From Macrostomum lignano (Eukaryota): a DNA stretch of 64,000 nt. The notes under the pieces are model-generated. The model was not told the DNA's origin. It was given only the letters and a program-made list of their open reading frames with translations, and made no database searches. Where the stretch lies: positions 1-64,000 of the forward strand of contig NIVC01000941.1 in NCBI GenBank assembly GCA_002269645.1, in the 5' to 3' direction. The position numbers were made by a program, and so were the translations under genes. Positions 46,969 to 58,133 of the stretch are shown piece after piece. How positions within the stretch are numbered: position 1 is the first letter of the stretch; each line of letters opens with the position of its first letter.

Positions 46969-49900
46969 TCAGTCGTTCGGACTGCCACCGGCCAGTGGAA
47001 TGGCTCGATGGTGGCGCCACGGTTGCCGCACTCGCCACTCGGGCGGCTGCACCATCAGCATCATAGCCGGCGGGGTGGCGGCTTCCCCTCCCGCCGCTGC
47101 CGATGACATTCGGCGACGCCGGTGACGGCGCTGCCTCCGGCCGGCGGGTAGGAGTTTTCTGGCCACGGCTGGACAGCAGAGGCGGTAGAGCGCGGCGCGG
47201 AACTGCCTACTGAACGAGTAGTAGAGTAGGATGTTGCAGGCGGAGTTGAGGATCACGAGCAGGTTGGCTACGTCGCCAAAGCAGACGAAGCCGGGGCTGA
47301 GCTTGGACCGAACCGGAGCGGGCGTCTCCATGCCGGTCATGTTGGCGAAGGGCCACAGGATGTGGTGCACCCCGGATTGCGACTCTTGAGTGCTGGACAG
47401 ATTGGCGAGCGGCCACGCCAGATGCGGCACGGCAGTGGGCGAGTCCGGCTCCGACAGGTTGGCGAAGGGCCACAGAATGTGGTGCACGGCAGCCGGCGTC
47501 TGGCAGAATATGAAGAAAAAAACCACCGCCACCAGCATCCGGTTCGTGTCGCGACGACCAGAAGAGACGCCGCGACCGCCGTCACGGCCGCCGCCGCTAC
47601 CTCTGTCACGCCGATCGATGCGCACGGCTCCGGCGCCTCGGATGGCGCCGGCGCGCCGCATCTCACACATAAGCAGCGCGTTCATGATGCCAATGCAGAG
47701 CAGCGGACCGAGAACCACCAGCAGCAGCCATACTATCAGGTGGTAGCCAATGCGGAAGGCTCCAGACGATCCGACAGGTGAGATAATGTACCACTGCAGC
47801 TTGGAGACTGACAGCGGCTCCATCACCTGCCCGAGCAGCTTGCTGCTGTTGTCCTGATGCGTACTGTTCAGGTAGAAAAGCTTCATATCGTTGGTGAAGA
47901 GAGTATACTCAAAAAAGCGAGGCAGGCCGATTAGAAAGGCGCAGACCACAATCAGCACCACGGCCACGTGGGTGGTGCGTCGGGTGCAGTGTCGGTCGCC
48001 AGCAAGGCGGTGGCAGATCATCACGTAGCGGTCTGCCGTCAGCGCCACGGTCAGCCAGTTTGACATAACCTGAGCAGCCAGACGGTCGGAGATGGGCATC
48101 CTTAGTAAGATGTAAGATCTAGGATGGTGTCCCTGGACTTGACTTGGGGTTCAGCATCCATGGCGGCCAAGACCTAAGACACTCAAGACGTGTGATGAAG
48201 CAATGCGCAAAGAATTTGGATTCACACTAAATTCATTTTTATTTCTAAGAAGTTTAAGAGTTCTTTCTGGAATTGATCTATTTTAATCGCTTGGCAGATC
48301 CAACTTGGTGGCTACCTTGGTCAGTGTGGCAATGCTGCCTCGAAGGGGGGTTCAAATAGTTTTTGTCGTTCGGCCAGTTAAAAAGCTTTTTTGATAATTT
48401 TTAGGCATAGTAAAATAACTTTAGAATGGAATATATAGGATACAGCGTTTTTATGTCTTTTTAAGTGCATCTTTTTACATGAATTCCAAGAACCCCCCAT
48501 CGGATTTTCAGCGAAATGGACAGTCAATCACCCTCGCCAACCAGCGGCATCCGGGCGCTGCGCGACCGACGGCAGAAGTGCATTGATTGCCAAGGGGACT
48601 ATGGTGAAAATTTAAAGTTGAGTTCAAATGCTCTAATTATGTAAACGACAAAAATTTTTGAACCACCCCTCGTAAATAAATCGAATAACAAAGAAATGTA
48701 GAGCAAATTGTACTCGTAGGAATGTTTCTAAGAGTGAGTGAGCAAGCACTGCTCGGGATTCGTGAAGGGCTTCGGACTACCGGGCTTCCCCTATGAAATT
48801 TGTAGCCACGGAAACTTGCGCGAGAAATTTGCAGGCAGTTCAAATGCTTCCAATTTTCTTCAACATTTCAAAATCAAAGCCAATGCCAATGCTAGACGGG
48901 TAAAAGGTACATGCTTTTTAATCTGCGCTAGTCGGAAGAGCTTTTTTTACGAATATTTTACTTCCGAGGTGCAGTGAAAGCTAGAAAGAAGTTTGCTTAA
49001 CTAAAATTTACTCAGCCTCAGTATGGCCAATTCGCATCAATATTCTTCTATCTCAAATGGAACCAGCCAGTCGTTATATTTCGAGAAAGCACCACAGAGC
49101 GTCCGTCTCCCTGCCCCCAACTCAACGGGAAGTGAATGGCTTCGGGCCGGGTTTGCTTAGCGAATGAATGGATCCTGCCTTTCCGGAACCGAGCCTGCAT
49201 ATACACAGTAGCTCTGCTACAGTTCCCGTTCCGGAGGAATTCCCCCGGGAAGAATCTCGCCAGCTCGTGCCAAGTCACACGTGACGTCGTCAGCGGGCCA
49301 GTCCGCTAAATTGCTGTGACATCCGCGATGAGGGCGCTGGGGGCGAAGGATCAGGGGAGCAGGGAAGAGGCGATGGGTGTGATAGCCCGACCCGCCTAGA
49401 CACTAAGAACTGATGCTTATCCTTGGCATAAGTTCCCGGAGAGAGCTCACGTCTCAGCCCCCAGGGCGATGCGCGGATGATTTTTGATGAGGGATTTTAG
49501 CGCAAACAGCGTGCCTGAGTCTGGAATTCGAATAGGCATATGTACGAGTACATGTTATGCAAGCGAGAGACAAAAAACTCAGAAGCGAAAGATTGGGACG
49601 AGTGCAGCTGCTAGACTGACGTAGGCGACTATGATTGAACTATGCTGAGACACTTACGAGTAGTATGCCTTTACCTGAAACACCTGACTAAGCGCATGGA
49701 TATAGATGTACGCGTGAGGCAGGGCCGACCAGCCCAGCCAGACGAAGGGCTCGGCCACGTGGAACTGCGTCGACGTGTCCTTGATGAAGATGACCAGAGA
49801 GGAGAGCAGCACGAGACTGTCTGCGATGGCCAGGGCGCACAGGTACAAGCGGGTGTTGTAGCGGATCCTGGAGCGCTGCACAAGAACGGTGAGAGCGGTC

Positions 49901-50010
49901 AGATTGGCCAGAATGCCGGCGCAGCTCACAGAGGTTCCGGTGACGCCGAGCACAGCGAAGCTGAATCGCCGCATCTGCAACTCGTACGGCGTGGCCTGCA
50001 TGTCCGCCAT
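46969..50010 (-). CDS. Class A peptide GPCR, FMRFamide-receptor-like
   Basis: Exons 50010-49675 (GILANL TM1; YLCALAIADSL TM2; phase 0) and 48069-46969 (VMSNWLTVALTADRYVMICH; LPRFFE; DTNRMLVAVVFFFIFCQTP; LLVILNSACNILLYYSFSRQFR). About 478 aa. A strong acceptor 15 nt before the ATG implies an upstream exon. Confidence 0.9.
48339..48674. mobile_element. Tc1/mariner-like MITE in the GPCR intron
   Basis: The reverse complement of the right end is TACGAGGGGTGGTTCAAAAATTTTTGTCGTT; the left end is a degraded CGAAGGGGGGTTCAAATAGTTTTTGTCGTT. TACGAGGG-type termini are typical of mariners. Confidence 0.55.
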
Positions 50011-51734
50011 GGCTGCGTATGGGCCCTGAGGTTGGAAAGAGGCTTCAGGTTAACTAGCAATCCAGGCTGCTTCGCTGTTGCAATAACTGATAAGACACCA
50101 CAGTACGTATCGCATTGATTTTTTAATTACTGACCAGTTATCAAACGCATGAGTAAAGCTCACGACAAGTCATGAGTATAAAGAAAGGCAGCATCTAGGA
50201 ACCTAGTTGAGTCAAACTCTGCCATTCTAGACTTGTTTGCCGTTTCTGAAAGTTCTAGAAGTTGCAAGGAGACATGCACTGCAAGGGGCGGGCTGCATCA
50301 ATACGAGTGTATAGTTTGGGATTCGTGCGCAGAAACTGGCCCGGTGTTTGTTGAGCGATTTACGCCCACTAGAGCCAAACCCAATGGCACAGAGCGGGTA
50401 CAGATCTGGCCACGAGAAAGTCAGGGCCGCGGTGCGTGCTCAGGGTCAGCGAAATTGACGTTTCAATTGACGTTGATAATTGCACCAACATGATGTTTAT
50501 ACGAGCGTAGAACTTTGCATGACAGGTAATCATAACATCTGTACTGAAAACCCTGGATGCCTTCAATCTGATGCCAGTAATCTATCTATCAAGCATGGCA
50601 GGATACGCGCTCTCGCCTGTCCCCAAAGCAAACACAGACCGTCTGCATGCGATGTCAGGAGGAACACAAACGGAACAAATAAGGAGGCTTGAAACTCACG
50701 CTAGTTGAAAGTCGATAGGCGCTGGGGCACCGGGCTGAGCACTAGTCTGATGCATAGGCAGATCACTGCATGTGAGCTCAGGGCGGGACTAAGCTACGGG
50801 CTTGGCTCAGAAATTAAACTCGGAACGGGAGATGGCGAGTGGCTGCACCCTGCAAGCCAATAACCCGCCGACAGAGCAGCTTTCCTAGAACTCGACTTCC
50901 AGCCCCTGTGCGCCCAACCCTGAGGTGGGCAGTGTCTCTCTCTTTGCAGTTCGGCGGAGCAGCTGGGACAGAATATTCATTGTTAGCCAGTTAAGCGGAG
51001 CATGACAAAACAGCTGGCGCTACAGCCAGGAAGTAATGAAGCGGGTTCGGGCGAATTAAAGAGATCACAGGAAGCTGCTTCTGTGCATTACTATATGCAA
51101 CTAAGTGAACTCCGAAAGGAGCTTTATTCGATTAACTTGGCCGCAAACGCTGTCACTACCCTACACAGGCATGCGATGCGGATTAGAAATGAGGGGCTTC
51201 AAAGAGCATGGCATGGAATGCTAAATCTGGCATCGATCTACGCAATCTGTGCGGCAAGGAACTCAAAGGACAGTCAAGAGCCGGAGAGCAAAGGACCCCA
51301 ATGGAAGTGAGCCGCTGTTAAAGTGCAAATTAAGAGAAATTCAAATCAATTCGATTCAAGACAACGAGTCGATCACGAGCGTCAAAGCAAGAAAACAGAT
51401 TCCCTAAAAATAACACGCAGCAGGTGCAATAAAAAACGCCGGAGGGATCATTAAATTTGCAATGAATGCTGGATCACAATCATCCATAGCTGGTCAATGC
51501 GTCAATGCCTTCTGGGCTGACTAAGCCCGTCTGTCTGACAATTCCACTGCATCATGCGATGCCGATAGTCAGTCAGGCATATTTAATCAGAAGTGTACAA
51601 ACTTTCCCAAAAACAGGAATATAGAAAACAAGTGAACTATTTACTCGTAGTATTTAATTAATGTTGAAACAAACTGAACTAAATAACCAGGAGTCAGACA
51701 GGTAGGCCTAAATCTGTGTATTTAAGGCATTTGT

Positions 51735-52203
51735 TTAGGGGTTTCAGTGTGATTAGATAAGACGAGGAGGGGTGAAATGCGCGACTGAGGAAAGAGGCGA
51801 GAACGGAGAGCCAATCAGAAGTCAGCGAGGGAGAGAGAGATAACAATAACATGATTGAACTAGACAGAGAGGGAGAGAAAACAGATTAAATATTTAGGGG
51901 TTTGAGTGTAATTAGATAAGACGAGGAGGGGTGGAGTGCGCCACTGAGGAAAGAGGCGAGAACGGAGAGCCAATCAGAAGTCAGCGAGGGAGAGAGAGAT
52001 AACAATAACATGATTGAACTAGACAGAGAGGGAGAGAAAACAGATTAAATATTTAGGGGTTTGAGTGTAATTAGATAAGACGAGGAGGGGTGGAGTGCGC
52101 CACTGAGGAAAGAGGCGAGAACGGAGAGCCAATCAGAAGTCAGCGAGGGAGAGAGAGATAACAATAACATGATTGAACTAGACAGAGAGGGAGAGAAAAC
52201 AGA
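51735..52203 (+). repeat. 159-bp tandem repeat, 3 copies
   Basis: Units start at 51735, 51894 and 52053; each has GAGCCAATCAG and GA-rich stretches. Confidence 0.93.
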
Positions 52204-52606
52204 GTAAACAGAGAAGTGAAGGTGAAATCAGAAATGACTAAGAAAGTCGCGACAAGGGAACTCATGGTTTGATCGAATAACTGCCTAATTCAATCAGGGC
52301 ATGAGATTCTTGTGAGAACTTTGAAAAGCAGCTCAAAGCCTTCTCTGCTGTACAGAGTGGCCCAGACAAAATAGGTAAGTGGCAGCTAAAAGTCGATAAG
52401 CTAAAAGAGGTGCTAATTTTCTGAGTCTCCGAGGCTCGATGACGAGCCACGTCTACAGTTTGGCACAGAAAGAAAGCCGCGCACAGAAAGGATTCAGTAT
52501 CGTGGGAGCTCTTACAATGGACAAGTAGACAAATAACGAGACAAGACGGGGAAGCAATAAAACTTGCAGCAGTTTCTTAAGAGGTGTACTTATAGATGTG
52601 CCTAAG

Positions 52607-52752
52607 AGTGCTAGCAGGGGTTGCCAGAGTGCTAGCAGGGGTTGCCAGAGTGCTAGCAGGGGTGCCAAGGAGTGCTAGCAGGGGTCAAAGAGTGCTAGCA
52701 TGGGTGCTGAAGAGCGCTAGCAGGGGTGCTGAAGAGTGCTAGTAAGGGTGCC
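52607..52752 (+). repeat. 21-bp minisatellite, ~7 copies
   Basis: Unit GAGTGCTAGCAGGGGTTGCCA, degenerating 3'. Confidence 0.88.
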
Positions 52753-53339
52753 CAGATTTTGATAATGCATGTATCTCTGAGATGCTTTGTTTGGACGCAA
52801 CTGGCATGGATGCCGCCACCAGAGTCTATCTGCGGGATAAGTAGTTGAGAAAATAGCAAAAACATTCCATTACAAAAAGCAGAATACAACACGCCAGTGG
52901 AATAAAACTCAAGGTCAAACAAAGAAGGGAGCAGTTACGAATGCAAACGACGATTTGTACAGAGGAAAAATAGCTGATAGCAGAGAAAGGGCGTTGCTGG
53001 GACATGCCAGTCGCATTATAAATCTTGATGAGCTCGAATCTCTGAACTACACTCTCCATTGCATTTGACAACCGGGCGGAGTTGAAACGCATGAACGATC
53101 CGCTGCAATTAGCTGGCGTGTCCGCGCCACCCTGACTAGCGCAGCCGGTCGGCCTCAGAGCCCCACTGTGGATGACGAGGGCCAGTAGCAAGAGGAATTT
53201 AATTTAAAACAAGATGAGTATCCGCGTTGGGAACTACATCTGGGTAGCAATCAGCATGTTCAGGCACTTCTGATACTAGAGAACGTGCTGAAAGTCCGTG
53301 ATGCCAGTGAGCGATGCTGCATCTCTATGAATAGTGTGT

Positions 53340-53981
53340 GTAACACAATAGTGTGGTTGTAACACAAAGTCCCCGTGTGACACCAACACCATCAAGTGTG
53401 ACTGTAACACTAAAGTTCCCGTGTAACACCAACACCATACAGTGTGATTGTAACACTAAAGTTCCCGTGTAACACCAACACCATACAGTGTGATTGTAAC
53501 ACTAAAGTTCCCGTGTAACACCGACACCATACAGTGTGATTGTAACACTAAAGTTCCCGTGTAACACCGACACCATACAGTGTGATTGTAACACTAAAGT
53601 TCCCGTGTAACACCGACACCATACAGTGTGATTGTAACACTAAAGTTCCCGTGTAACACCGACACCATACAGTGTGATTGTAACACTAAAGTTCCCGTGT
53701 AACACCGACACCATACAGTGTGATTGTAACACTAAAGTTCCCGTGTAACACCGACACCATACAGTGTGATTGTAACACTAAAGTTCCCGTGTAACACCGA
53801 CACCATACAGTGTGATTGTAACACTAAAGTTCCCGTGTAACACCGACACCATACAGTGTGATTGTAACACTAAAGTTCCCGTGTAACACCGACACCATAC
53901 AGTGTGATTGTAACACTAAAGTTCCCGTGTAACACCAACACCATAAGTCTGGTTGTAACACCAAAGTCCCCGTGTAACACC
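53340..53981 (+). repeat. 46-bp minisatellite, ~14 copies
   Basis: Unit AACACTAAAGTTCCCGTGTAACACCGACACCATACAGTGTGATTGT. Confidence 0.95.
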
Positions 53982-54464
53982 CTAGTACGAGTACGATTAA
54001 AACATGCTTGGACCAGACGCCAACGCAATTAACCATAATTTTTTAACAATGACCAACATAAGCAATAAATAACAAGAATAGTAAGTCACTATGCGAATTG
54101 CTGCAAATCAGAATAATTTGATTAATACCGTTGATTATTCGTAAAAAGTACTTAATCTATTTATTCTTATAAGAAAATATAAAAAGGACAAACGGGCCGA
54201 TCAGTACAAGCGAAAAAAGCTGCCGCAAAAAATAGAATAACACACAACGTACAGATCAATCAACTTGGAAAATATGAGCCTCAATTTATACTGAATTGCC
54301 CAGCACTCGAGAGTCAGGGCTCGCAGACCATGACTTGGGCTCCACAAAAGCACAGAACACGCTTGGCAATACTGCAGAGTATACGGAAAGTCATCCTCAT
54401 GAACTTATTGACCTTGCCCTGATCTTACCTTCTTTGCTTGTATTACCTTTCCTTCTGCAACTAT

Positions 54465-55385
54465 AACTCCCCATTCACTCCTTCCCTCTGCCAGTCCGCC
54501 TCTCCCCAATTCACTCTCACTGCGTGCCTCTCCCTTCCCAATACACTCCCTGCCTCTCCCCAATTCACTCTCACTGCGTGCCTCTCCCTTCCCAATACAC
54601 TCCCTGCCTCTCCCCAATTCACTCTCACTGCCTGCCTCTCCCTTCCCAATACACTCCCTGCCTCTCCCCAATTCACTCTCACTGCCTGCCTCTCCCTTCC
54701 CAATACACTCCCTGCCTCTCCCCAATTCACTCTCACTGCCTGCCTCTCCCTTCCCAATACACTCCCTGCCTCTCCCTTCCCAATTCACTCTCTCTGCCTG
54801 CCTCTCCCTTCCCAATTCACTCCCTACCTCTCCCCAATTCACTTTCTCTGCCTGCCTCTCCCTTCCCAATTCACTCCCTACCTCTCCCCAATTCACTCTT
54901 ACTGCCTGCCTCTCCCTTCCCAATTCACTCCCTGCCTCTCCCCAATTCACTCTCACTGCGTGCCTCTCCCTTCCCAATTCACTCCCTGCCTCTCCCCAAT
55001 TCACTCTCACTGCGTGCCTCTCCCTTCCCAATTCACTCTCACTGCTTCTCCCTTCCCAATTCACTCTCACTGCTTCTCCCTTCCCAATTCACTCTCACTG
55101 CCTGCTTCTCCCTTCCCAATTCACTCTCACTGCTTCTCCCTTCCCAATTCACTCTCACTGCTTCTCCCTTCCCAATTCACTCTCACTGCTTCTCCCTTCC
55201 CAATTCACTCTCACTGCTTCTCCCTTTCCAATTCACTCTCACTGCTTCTCCCTTCCCAATTCACTCTCACTGCTTCTCCCTTCCCAATTCACTCTCACTG
55301 CTTCTCCCTTCCCAATTCACTCTCACTGCTTCTCCCTTCCCAATTCACTCTCACTGACTCTCCCTTCCCAATTCCCTGCCTCTCC
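54465..55385 (+). repeat. Compound pyrimidine-rich minisatellite
   Basis: Modules CTCCC(T)TCCCAATTCACTCTCACTGC in longer composite units that simplify to a ~28-bp unit 3'. Confidence 0.92.
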
Positions 55386-55386
55386 T

Positions 55387-55705
55387 AGGAGAGGAGAGAA
55401 GGAGGAGAGGAGAGGAGAGCAGAGGAGAGCAGAGGAGAGGAGAGAAGAGGAGAGGAGAGAAGAGGAGAGGAGAGGAGAGCAGAGCAGAGAGGAGAGGAGA
55501 GAAGAGGAGAGGAGAGGAGAGCAGAGCAGAGAGGAGAGGAGAGAAGAGGAGAGCAGAGGAGAGGAGAGCAGAGGAGAGGAGAGGAGAGGAGAGGAGAGCA
55601 GAGCAGAGAGGAGAGGAGAGAAGAGGAGAGCAGAGGAGAGGAGAGCAGAGGAGAGGAGAGAAGAGGAGAGGAGAGCAGAGGAGAGGAGAGGAGAGAAGAG
55701 GAGAG
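55387..55705 (+). repeat. (GGAGA)n-type pentamer microsatellite
   Basis: GGAGA/GCAGA/GAAGA pentamers, directly abutting the pyrimidine-rich array. Confidence 0.93.
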
Positions 55706-56527
55706 ATTGTAGCGGCCGGATTGCTATTGTGAAGTTTCAAAGGACCCCCGAGGGCCGGTTAGCTCTGCGGACCGGAGCTAACCAACCCCTGTGTTAGGTG
55801 ATCAGTTAATCTTATAAACCGCATTCACCCCAAATACTAAGCTCGACTTGAAAAAGAAAATGTCTCAAATGTCGTGCTCGAGATCCCGAGAGCGGAAGGT
55901 AGTTCAGCTGCTCTCCAATGTATCAAAGAGTCACAAGACAAAAAGTTGAAATAAACATGGTTAATTCGTTGAAAAAAACTAATCCCGTCTATTAGTTTTT
56001 GAGACTGAAAACCGTTTGAATTAATAAATGTAGCAGGCCACCTTGAAAACTGTAAATTTGTGCTACAAGATAGGCTATTGCCATGGGTCTCTAGACAGAT
56101 AGCTAAAAGCGTAAGGAAAGTGTTATTTTTTGCAAATTTCCCATTTTCGGCAGATTTCTCTGGTGACAGAAAGAAACAAATCCGGGCTTCTTCTGACGAT
56201 CTAAACTGAGACTTTAGTCTAACAAAGCGAGGCTACATATGCTCCCTATACAAATTCAGCACAAGTGATGTTAGACATAGGCTATGCCCGTATAAGCCAA
56301 ATGGAGAATCAAAATGAGACGCAGCCAATCAATACGGGGCTGAACTGAAAGTAGCCAATTTATTTGGAAATTCGCGGCGATCCTATAAACGGATGCTCAC
56401 TTGATTTCAATAACTTGAGCGGCAGCTAGAATGGATGATCCGGTATTGACAGGGTCGGTCAGACGTTGACGGTCTTCTGTTGGAGTCGGTGGAGCCATAA
56501 CAGTGTCCAGTTCGGAACGGACTCAGC

Positions 56528-56945
56528 CTTTTACTCGCGTAGTCTATGGCTTTTACTCGCGTAGTCTATGGCTTTTACTCGTGTAGTCTATGGCTTTTAC
56601 TCGCGTAGCCTATGGCTTTTACTCGCGTAGTCTATGGCTTTTACTTGCGTAGCCTATGGCTTTTACTCGCGTAGCCTATGGCTTTTACTCGCGTAGCCTA
56701 TGGCTTTTACTCGCGTAGTCTATGGCTTTTACTCGCGTAGTCTATGGCTTTTACTCGCGTAGTCTATGGCTTTTACTCGCGTAGTCTATGGCTTTTACTC
56801 GCGTAGTCTATGGCTTTTACTCGCGTAGCCTATGGCTTTTACTCGCGTAGCCTATGGCTTTTACTCGCGTAGCCTATGGCTTTTACTCGCGTAGCCTATG
56901 GCTTTTACTCGCGTAGTCTATGGCTCTTACTCGCGCAGTCTATAG
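56528..56945 (+). repeat. 22-bp minisatellite, ~19 copies
   Basis: Unit CTTTTACTCGCGTAG(T/C)CTATGG. Confidence 0.96.
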
Positions 56946-58133
56946 CCATGTGTTTCTTAACATCGCTCCTGCTGGTTTGTATGGGGAGCTTATAGAATCT
57001 TGGTTTGTTTGACTAAAGTCTCATTTAGATGGTCAAAAGGACAGCTTTGAAATTGTTTACTGTGCCTTTGCTGGTCTATTCCCGGCAAATGGGGCATTTC
57101 ATTGATTAGCTAAGAAAGTTATAGGGAAAAGCTCCTTGTACACCTTTTCTCGTTCAATTTCAACAAAACAACAGTTCTTTTTAGACAAGACGATGTTCTA
57201 TTTAGACACTATGGTTTAAAGCAGTATAAGTTACTGCTTGCAAACGAACTGTCATTCAATTTAGACAAGCAACATTCTATTTCGCCACAAGGAAAGGGCC
57301 GGACTGGCTAAAAACGTGTACGAACCTAAAAACCTGTCGCTTCTTTCAAACCACCATTTGAGTAGTTTTTTACTGTTTTTTTTTAAAACCGAATGAGAGT
57401 GAGAGAGAATAAGACAGACAGACAGACAGAGAGACAGATTGTGAAAAAAGCAAAAAACTTAACAGTCAAACAAACACGTACAAATAAGAAACAATGCAGC
57501 CAGCACGTAGACTGTGCAGTCATCTCAAAAGGCAGATCATCCCGTACACGTACATCACCGAGCTCTTCTTCGTCTTCTTCTTCAATCTCTTCAATAATCT
57601 CCTCTTCATCTTCTACATGTACCACAGCGGCTATCTTTTTCTTATAATATGTGCGAAGTCGATTTTTTGTGTGTACTTTTAAAAATTAATCTTTGGATGA
57701 GTTAGGAGAGGGAGAGTGAGCCTGTGATTGGTGTCTAAAATGAATGTTGGCTGTTTAAATTGAACGTGCCAACACCCGATCAAAGTGATTTCGGGCTCAA
57801 AAGAATTTCAGTTTGTCTAATTTGAATGCTTTGAGCTGTGCTCCAAACCCTTAAATGTCAAGAAAATTGGGTCTAAGATGAACACATAATCAGCACCACA
57901 GAGAGCACAGGACAGTCGGACAGTGTTGAGCTCAGCATGCCAAAAGCCACTGTAGAAAAAAATGCCACCAATCGATTAGCAATAACTAAAACAGATTTGG
58001 AACAAGCAGCGGACCTAGCTGACTCGGCTACTGACAGTAGTATGCAGCAGATATTTATATATATAACAGTCAAGGAATGTTTGATTTGAATGCAGGCAAG
58101 GTGAACGTTGTGAATTCTTTCTTAGAAGCAGAC

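Noticed and set aside
51735-52059. TTAGGG as telomeric sequence
   Set aside because: Only one hexamer per 159-bp unit.
52826-53191. Upstream coding exon of the peptide GPCR or a secreted peptide
   Set aside because: A plausible acceptor and sequons are present, but there is no convincing donor and no recognisable motif.
54405-55740. Long Pro/Ser/Leu and Gly/Arg/Glu ORFs
   Set aside because: Low-complexity repeat translations.
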